The position numbers were made by a program, and so were the translations under genes. A DNA stretch of 64,000 bases from Tubiluchus corallicola (taxonomy: Eukaryota > Animalia > Priapulida), in contig JAQGDQ010000032.1 in assembly GCA_030141605.1 (NCBI GenBank), forward strand, positions 786,065 through 850,064, written 5' to 3'. Below, piece by piece: positions 58,009 to 64,000 of the stretch. Numbering within the stretch: position 1 is the stretch's first letter; every line of letters begins with the position of its first letter. The notes under the pieces are model-generated. The model was not told the origin of the DNA. It did not search any database and was given only the letters and a program-made list of their open reading frames with translations.

Positions 58009-60378
58009 GATTTTCTATCCATCTCTTTCTTCCTCCTTCTTTCTCTCGTTTCTTGGCTTTTAAAGCGACTAAAACATTAGATCGAATAACTCAAAATAAT
58101 TGCAGTATAAGATCATCTTAGCTGCAGTATATCTTTCAGCTCAGGCTTATTATCTTTCACTACATTAAAAACAAACGCAACAAAATTATGATAACGATGC
58201 CATTTTCCCCAAGTGACGCCCAGGCGATAAATCAGTTCGTTTCGTCATAGCGCACGTGCCAAGCAATTATAATTATTATCATTACAGACATCAGCAGTGT
58301 TTACGCTAGAGCTTAATGCAGAATAACGAACAATACTGGGTTAACTCTGCACACAATGCACAATTAGCCATGGATCAACATAGAACTTCTGCCGCTATCA
58401 TCCTGCCTTTATTCTAGTCTAAATATAGAATTCACAATTTTACTTCCCAGGCTACCAGTAAGGAAAGAGACTTAATTAAATTTTTATGTCTACAGAATGC
58501 GAGGACAACCAGTTTGTCTACAAAGTAAAGTCGCTTATTTAACACACGAAAATTCCTCTGGACAGCTGTCAAGTGACTAAATTGCAAAAAAAAATCAAAA
58601 AATGAGGTCTCGAGTTGGTTTTGAACTAGCAAAGAACAAAAACCAACGTGTTAACCATGCGGCTTGCTTGTTAAACAGAACAATCCCGGTTTAAATATAC
58701 ATAACATGTAATTGTAATACAGTCGCTGCTCTTTTTTTAGTTTATAAACGAGTTTTTTGCATAAACGATATAAAATACTATATTCCACATTTCATATTTT
58801 TACAAGAAGAGAATTTTTCATAAGGAAAATTGCGGTGTTGATAATTCTAATTAAACTGTGAGTTAATGAATGTCCCTATTATTAACTTTATTCACTTAAT
58901 CAGAATGAACCAAATGGCTTTTTAAATTAGATGTTCATAAAATATTGCTTCTTGCTACTAGTCCACCCAAGTTACGAGATGCAATATCGCACAAGCTATT
59001 ACTATCATAAGCTTGCTCTTTGTGTAGATGTCCAGCTATGAAAGGATTAGTCATCATCATCATTGATTGATTGCATTGATAATCAATGCGATAAAGGCGG
59101 ATTAATTGATAAGCAGTTTTTCCTGGTGAGTAAGCCTAGTGTGCGTCCACCAGCACGTGTCTACACGCAACAGGTGCTGTGCGTGAGACGTATTAACCGA
59201 TGTTCCCACGATTAAATTCCGCCCCTTTTGGTTTATAAAGAAAGGAAGAAAGAGTGAGGGAGTGTGGATGTTGCGTTAAAACGATATTCGAGCTTGATCA
59301 CCGATCCTAGACGCCTATATTAACGCTGTATAATTAGGTTAATTATATTGTTACAATACAGGAATTTACTTGTAAATTTCTAATACTGTATTATAATATT
59401 TTTACAGGATTTTTATAGTGCACTGCGTATAATATGTACCTCCTTAACGTAAGTTGACGTAACGCAACTGCAGTTGTTTGATGCATTTTATTTTACTTCC
59501 TGCGACCAATTAAAATTTCTAAATATAGGTCTCTTAAAAAATGGTGTCGTGTTATATATACATAATTTGTATTTCTAACAAATGATGGCTATAAACAATT
59601 TAGTTATTCAGGAAGAAGCAGCAAAAAAAAGAAATATTAAGCTCAGCAATTTACAGATACATGAAGCAAAGAAAGAATGAAACCGAAGTAAAACCCAATT
59701 CAGCAATTTTAAGCATCTCCACATTTTTAACAAGTGAGGTTTGAGTTATAGTTTCAATTCTCGACTAGTTAGCCCTATGCACTAACAACTGTAGCAAGTA
59801 GTCTTATTAAAAGAGTTCTAATTAATAAATCTAGTTTTTACCCTGAAAGTAAACATTCTATTCTACTAGCTTTTATACCAAAAGAAAATCTTATAGTTGA
59901 TGAGATTATTCATAAGCGTGTTAACCTGTTTACGCAGAATTCGTGCGTTGAATTGCACCTCCGAGCACCTGAATTGAATGTTAAGAAAACTCGTGCAGCT
60001 GGCTGACATTTTAATCGTAATTAGACAAAATGCAAGGAAGCCAGGAGCACAGGCCATCACGGTGCATTAAATTACGAGAAACTTCGCAAATAGCACCAGT
60101 AAGGGGCTCGTTGCGGAATTTTAAGAGAAACAATTCTCTTAAGAACGAGAAAATTAAGTTTTCTCAGTCGGTTGGTATGCAGTTAACGTACGTGTTGCTT
60201 AAACCGGCCAGTAACTCATTGTATTGAAGAGCAATATATATGGTTAGACCCGCAAATTAAATGACTTTTATGTCGCAGCGCTAATAGGTAAAATTACACC
60301 AGCTTTTCTGTCGCAGGCGACAATATAACAATTTCCTTTTGTAGGACATCGTTAAATTACGATGCTGGATGCTTGATC

Positions 60379-60772
60379 TAAAAACTGGATGCTGACAGTT
60401 GGAAATAATAAATTTTGCGTACCTGATAGTACCTATCGATTACTGCCTATATTACGACAATTGTTTTGTACCACATTATTAAAAACTAATACATCTGCAA
60501 TGGAAATATAATTTTTATTTCTATTAAACTAAATAGAAGTATAACATATCACACATTGAAAAAGCATAGGCCAACATGTGTATATGGACCATACAATCTT
60601 TCGCATTAATAACTTCAAGCATTCTAGATAATTTCATATATGGGCTCGAAGATAGGCCTGCAGTTCTTGATGTACGACCTCAGATTTCAGTCTATGAAAG
60701 TAAAAACTGGATGCTGACAGTTCGAAATAAGAAATTTTGCGTACCTGATAGTACCTATCGATTACTGCCTAT
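60379..60772. repeat. 72-bp direct repeat pair (60379-60450 and 60701-60772)
   Basis: taaaaactggatgctgacagtt(g/c)gaaataa(t/g)aaattttgcgtacctgatagtacctatcgattactgcctat present twice, 322 bp apart, 2 mismatches. Confidence 0.9.
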
Positions 60773-61934
60773 TTAGAGTGAATACTCTTACACATTATGC
60801 GTGTATATAGAAGTACAATTATAATAAAAAAATCACATGGAGCGAAGCAGTAGAGAAATGTAGAGAATACACGCGCTCAACAATGAATAAAATACTGGCG
60901 AATGACATAGTAAATGAGTACTCATTCGCTCACTCCACTCACATTCATGCTTCCCCACTCAGTCACCCCTCACGCACCCGTCACACACCCACTCCCTCTC
61001 TCATTAAGAAACTTTTGTTCCTCTCAATAAAAGGTGGTGACTGAAAATCACTAAAGATTTTACGCGAGTTTAAATAAAAAAAAATTCCTTAGACGAACTT
61101 AAGGCGGTTTTTTCTTTAAACAATTTGAAAAACAGCAAGTAATATGTAAAAGCAAGTTTTTCTAAACCTAAAACATGTTCAGCGCATCTGAAGTCACCTA
61201 GCTAGAACATAAGTGCGAAGTGGTGATTTCAGAAATTTACACATCGATTGTTGGAATTGTTGGGATGCGAATTTAGAAGTTCCGGCTATGCTTTATTAAG
61301 CAGTTTTAGCAAAATCCTACAAACAAACAATCAAACAAACTAAGGAAGGAAAGAACGAACAAACCAGCAGAGACAACAAACGAAAACGTATGTTGCTTCA
61401 TTTTTCACTGTGCTACGAAGCGAGCCCCTTGGCTGCCCTGTCGGGTCTCTCACTACGATCTACTACGGGAGTGGATTTTGATTGGCTGAGCCATTCATTC
61501 ATTCATGAACGATGCTGCGCACAAAGTGCGTGACACGAGCAAGCGCGTGCCACAGTAATATTCCACAACCACGAGCAATGAACGTGTTGTACCCAAAACA
61601 GCGTGTAAACGCATGTGTAGCTTAGCTTTACTGAAATATTGAGTTTCTGAATGTAGTCATACGAAGAACTTTTTAATTAATAGTTTTTGTTCCTAAAGTT
61701 ATTGATCAATTTAAAAAAGGACACATTCTAGTGCTGAATGACTTCTTGCTTAACAGTGTCGATGTCAGACTAATCATATAGTCGCCGCTAATGCAGCCAA
61801 AAGAACAAATCATATTTCACTGATCTTAAAGGACTTATTAACTCGGTTATAGCTGGAATTATATAAGATGTGATGAATGAATCTTGACAGGTAATTATCT
61901 TGCAACCTACTTACAGAATCTCTGAGGAAAGAGG

Positions 61935-64000
61935 ATGAAGCTGAAAGAGCACACAGTTCTATTGTTGATGTGCCTATTTTGCGGTAAGTGAAGAAATACT
62001 TTTTGCAGTTTCCCTGCGTACAGTTTTAGCGACCGTGTTAAATATTTGAATAGTTCGGCTTATGAGTTACGAACTGGATGCAATTTAGCAAAACTGCTTT
62101 TTTAAGTTAGGTTAAATTGGTTTTAAATTACCATTTTCTATTTGTATTGTGGTTGCAGTCACCAACTTCAAACACCAGATAACGTTAATCGCACAAATTA
62201 CGAAACTTACGAAAACTATGACTTTTTAAAGCATCTTCTATAATCATAGAAAGGTCGAGTAAAGCTTATTATAGGTAGATTTTAAATATCATGTTTACCA
62301 TTCAAGCTACTTTACATAAATTATTTAAAAGAATAATCCTTTATCTTTTAGTCTAGATATAATTTTACAAAACATTATGATTAATATCAAATTAGTAAAA
62401 TTGTCACACGCTAAAGAGTAAAAAAAGTTGCACGCTAAAAAACTGTGCCCGCTGAAAAAGTTGAGTTGATGTTATTTCGTTAGTAAAATTATTTGGTTGT
62501 CTCTTTTTCAAAATAGGGAACGTTATGCATGTTAAGCCTATTTGATTAACATTTGGTATTTACCTGGAAATACGCGGATTAGACCAATTGTGTTTCCGTG
62601 TCCTTATTAATACAGGACGTTCTGAAAAATAGTCAGGCAACATGAAACTTGTCGTAGGTACCTTTGCGCTTTGTTATTGTCAACAAAGTTTTGGCATAAA
62701 TCACCGCAAGACATTGTTGTAAATGTAATTTCATCTGACTAGCAGCTGGCTTACTCCAGCTTTTAGCACAGTTTCAAAAGAAACTGATGTTATAAACGAC
62801 TTGGTTCTCTTTAGCATAGGTATTACTAGGATACTTAAACGCTAGATTACACGCACTTGACTGACTACATTATATTTGGGCATAAAAATGCCGAACATGT
62901 TCTAGCTATTGCTAATATAAGCAGCAGTCCACTGTTCCAAGGCTTTCGCAAAAGCTAGACTAGAGACTAAACTTGGCACCTAATAAATTCACTAGCTCTT
63001 TAGTGATATAATTCGGGCCATTTTGTGGTACTTTGTGTACAAACATCTGCTTTCAACTACATTGCTTTCAATCATTATTGCAGTACATTAATACATATAT
63101 ATATATGAATTTTTTTTCGCTCTTACTGCATTCTATTCTAAGCGATTTTTTGTTGTTATATTTTCTTTGGTTCGTTTTTCTTTTATTGGTATGTTTTTTC
63201 CTTTCCTTCTTTCTTTCTTGCTTTTATTTTTTAACAATCTCTCCACCATATATATATATATATATATATATACGCGGATTATAGTTTCTTTCTTACTTTT
63301 CCTTGATTATTTTTATTTTCTCACTTTTCATCCTTTGTGTTCCGTTATAATTTCCTAACCAGCATTTTATCGTAAACGTCTGTAGGGATGAACACGATTT
63401 GGGTTTTAATTTGTCGACGGAAAGTCTTTGATCTTAGATTGAATTATCATTTCCTTCTTACTGAGTTCTAAATGTTTCCCAATGTATATTTTTTCACGCT
63501 GAAAGTTTATTGTTACAGTTTTCTCGAGTTCATAAACTTTCAGTGATCCGTAAAACAAGTATTAAAATCATCATAAATGAGCATTGGTGTTACACTAAAC
63601 ATGTTGAAAGAAAACGACAAGATAAATTTTTTTCCTAGAAACAAAAGAGAAGGCACATGCTAATTATAAAAATTAGTGTGAGAATCACTGCAAGAATTAA
63701 GTTTTTGTAAATTTTACATACGTTTCTCATAAGACTATTAGGCATTATTTTTATTTTTGAGTTACTTGTTCGCGAATAACTCCATTTCACCGGGTTCTTC
63801 TCGTTTGCGTAATACAAAACTTTGCCATTCACTCACTGTGTGGTAAACAGTGCGTACTAAATTTTCACAAATTTGGATCCATGGCAACTGCAAAGCCTGT
63901 TAACAGTTAGCTTATTATCATCACCATTTCAGCCGAGCTTTTTTATATCGTGTTGGTCGTCATGTCTTGGAGCGTGGCCACTAGGCATTCATTTCCCGAA
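61935..64000 (+). CDS. 5' part of an unidentified secreted or membrane protein: exons 61935-61983 and 63933->64000 (runs off the window)
   Basis: ATG exon MKLKEHTVLLLMCLFC followed by a strong phase-1 donor G|GTAAGT. Acceptor ccatttcag at 63932 continues in phase, open to the window end (AELFYIVLVVMSWSVATRHSFPE). A CCAAT-like gattggctga lies upstream at 61480. Confidence 0.5.

Overview
AT-rich animal (invertebrate) nuclear DNA with GT-AG spliceosomal introns; there are no prokaryotic features. Protein genes read by hand: (1) a single-coding-exon GAS1-like GPI-anchored protein (867-1610, +); (2) an apparently intronless, disrupted secreted ZP-N + EGF gene or pseudogene (19690-20613, +); (3) a 5-exon ZNF511 orthologue (30926->24652, -), of which the ORF track shows only fragments; (4) a full-length, completely intronless ASAP ArfGAP (34381->31217, -); (5) a 13-coding-exon Smad4/Medea of about 768 aa (35891-52371, +), head-to-head with ASAP; (6) the first two coding exons of a secreted or membrane protein that runs off the right end (61935->64000, +). 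Repeats include a Harbinger-type MITE with a TTA target-site duplication (TSD), a hAT-type MITE with an 8-bp TSD, RTE-LINE debris, tRNA-derived SINE-like pieces, microsatellites and short tandem duplications. The most unusual feature is the ASAP/ZNF511 arrangement. ZNF511's first coding exon starts at a splice acceptor only about 260 nt after the ASAP stop, with no poly(A) signal in between. This suggests either an ASAP retrogene nested in ZNF511's first intron or a bicistronic/trans-spliced operon, possibly driven from a promoter shared with Smad4. Also notable is a ~165-bp inverted repeat bracketing the Smad4 exon that encodes the end of MH1 and the nuclear export signal. Family assignments rest on recalled motifs, not database searches.
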